NCBI RefSeq assembly: GCF_964355755.1
Contig: NC_092673.1
Location: 22,875,648-22,939,647 of the forward strand
From: Antedon mediterranea
Taxonomy: Eukaryota > Animalia > Echinodermata
Length of the DNA stretch: 64,000 bases
Direction of reading: 5' to 3'
Made by a program: the position numbers and the translations under genes. Positions 61,791 to 64,000 of the stretch are shown one piece after another. Within the stretch, counting starts at the first letter, position 1; each line of letters opens with the position of its first letter. Below the pieces are notes generated by a model. The model saw nothing but the letters and a program-made list of their open reading frames with translations, was not told the origin of the DNA and made no database searches.

Positions 61791-62859
61791 ATGCTGTTGT
61801 GTTATGAATTGCTTTTCAACTTTTGTGTGTCATTTTGATTTCTGTTTAGTTAATGTTCATACGTTTTTAAGTATCTTTGTTATTTTATGCCTTAGTGTTG
61901 AGCATTACACACACCGTTATACTCTTTATTTTGATTCATACCATGAAATTAATTGTATTTATTTATTTTGTGTGTATCTAAACATTTTTATTTATTTTTA
62001 TTCTTTTTAAGTTTGTTTTATTAATTTTTTTTGTAAGACTTATGTTTTGTATTTCACACTACATTCTATTATTTTTACATTTATTTTCATTCATTTTTAA
62101 TTCAATAATTTTATTTATTTTTGTATGCTGTATTTCACACAACATTTATTTTGTTTCATTTTAAGTTATTATTTGGACGCACCTATATCATTAAAGTGTG
62201 CCACTGTTGTAAAAATGAAGCTTCTAGATGATTTCTACCCATAGATTTTGCTGCGAATAATACAGTTTTGTTTTCACTCCCGGCTGAACTGTCGTATTCT
62301 ATAGTCACCTTAAATTAACGTTTAAGGATTTGGCATTATGGCATTACATAAGTGCATAATATGATTATCATCATAAAATAGTTAATTACCAAATTCCGAT
62401 GTGATAATTAACCATAAAGTAGATCAGAGATTGTGCTTATGTAGCTCATTAGTAGCAAGTACATTTCTTTTTTATCAGCAAATTATTTACAATAAGATAC
62501 GATAACATGTGCGTGATCAAAATGTTTGCTATGATGCCATTATCTTGTGATTGCTGTAATTTGATATTGATCCTGATAATGTAGTTCCAGGTACTGTATG
62601 AATTGTTGATTTCTTGAATAAACGGTTTTTAGACCTATAAAATAAAAGAGGGGAACACTGGCTTTTAGCCATAGGAATTTAGTTCCCTGTTGTGTTTCCA
62701 TCCACTTACTTTGTGGTTGTTTTTCTTTGTTGATATTTTTTGCAATAAAGAATTATTTTATAACTTCTAAAGTACGGTAGATCCTTTTCATTTGGTTTCA
62801 TTGTTGGTGACAATTAACAATTAAATTATGTAAAACGTCGACGACGGAGGATATCACTT

Positions 62860-63800
62860 GTTGTGTCTGTACTTGGCCCACTTTTAATTTTAATTTATGT
62901 TAATGACCGGACAAATGTCAGCGAGAATCTTCAAGTGATATCCTTCGCCGACGACACTACCTTATTTTACTCATCTTCAAAGGTTGACAATTTATTTACT
63001 ACTGTTAACTATGAATTATCTAAGTTTAATGACTGGTTTATTTCAAATAAGTTATTGATTAATACCCTCAAAACTAATTACATATTATTCCATACTCCTA
63101 ATGATAAATTACAGATTGATGAAAACAAAGTGTCTCTAATGATAAAATAATTGAACGTAAACATGCAATCATCCTTTTAGGGGTTTACATCCAGGAAAAT
63201 TTGCAATGGACCAGTCATCACAATTATAATTTATAAAAAGATAGTGGTATTATAAATCGAATTAAACTTTTTTTTCCGGAATGTATTTTACTTTCTCTTT
63301 ATAATACACTTATTCTTCCTCTCATTTCCAATATTGTAATATTATCTGGGCATCTGATTATAAATGTAATATTGATACACTTATTTTGTTACAAAAACGT
63401 ATTGCTAGAATCATTACTTTTTCCCATTATCGAACCCCATCCAAACCTTTATTGAAACAACTTAATATGCTTAGTTTAAATGATCTTTATAAGCTACTAC
63501 AGACTGCTTCATCAGGTTCTACATTTATAGTAATTGTGTGTGTAATAATTAGTTATTATGAAATTATTTCATATAATTTTTTATTTATTAATAATAAACT
63601 TCCTCATTGTATGCTAGTAATGATTATAATTTGAGAATGACACGTTTATATGTTCCCTTTACAAGATTAACTAGAAATCAATTTTTTATTTCAATAGCTG
63701 GAACTTAACTATAGAACGATCTCCCTGTTAAAATAAAACTTTCTGTATCTTTAATTACTTTCAAAAAATCTGTAAAACGTTACCTATTAGCCATTTAAAC
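62860..63800 (+). pseudogene. Degenerate L2/CR1-group LINE RT remnant
   Basis: SVLGPLLILIYVND, FADDTTL, WFISNKLLINTLKT, LQKRIARII; multiple frameshifts. Confidence 0.8.
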
Positions 63801-64000
63801 TAAACAACTTACTTTGTCATGCTTAATATTTTATCACTTTCGGTTTTTAACAAGACTGCGTGCGTTTAAGTGAAAGATACTAAATGAATAATCTTGTGTT
63901 GAATATTTGTTGATAAGACTATCGATATTCATAGGCACAAGAGTCAATATTTTCGGAAAATAATTGGGCATCGTTGTCATTAATAACATCTTTAAAATTA

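Overview
AT-rich eukaryotic (invertebrate-like) genomic DNA, not prokaryotic. One spliced host gene lies on the minus strand. It encodes PARP14/PARP10/NMI-type RRM-like domains (LYFE..RSSGGGP motif). Six phase-compatible exons can be assembled at 10480->151, and the A+B exon pair, with its 44-bp intronic minisatellite, is duplicated. A plausible ATG exon (MSLGIGSSSAE) sits about 34 kb upstream at 44928-44988. The rest of the window is mostly layered mobile DNA: (1) a family of Helentron-type non-autonomous rolling-circle elements (HINE/DINE-1-like) that insert into each other, including an 8.9-kb last-in-first-out nest at 18891-27756; (2) a canonical non-autonomous Helitron; (3) several foldback/MULE-like, Kolobok-like and Academ-like TIR elements with readable TSDs; (4) one young 5'-truncated RTE-like LINE and many LINE remnants; (5) a full-length Gypsy element with apparently identical 155-bp LTRs inside a four-level nest. 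All family assignments come from motifs and structure read by eye; no database search was run.
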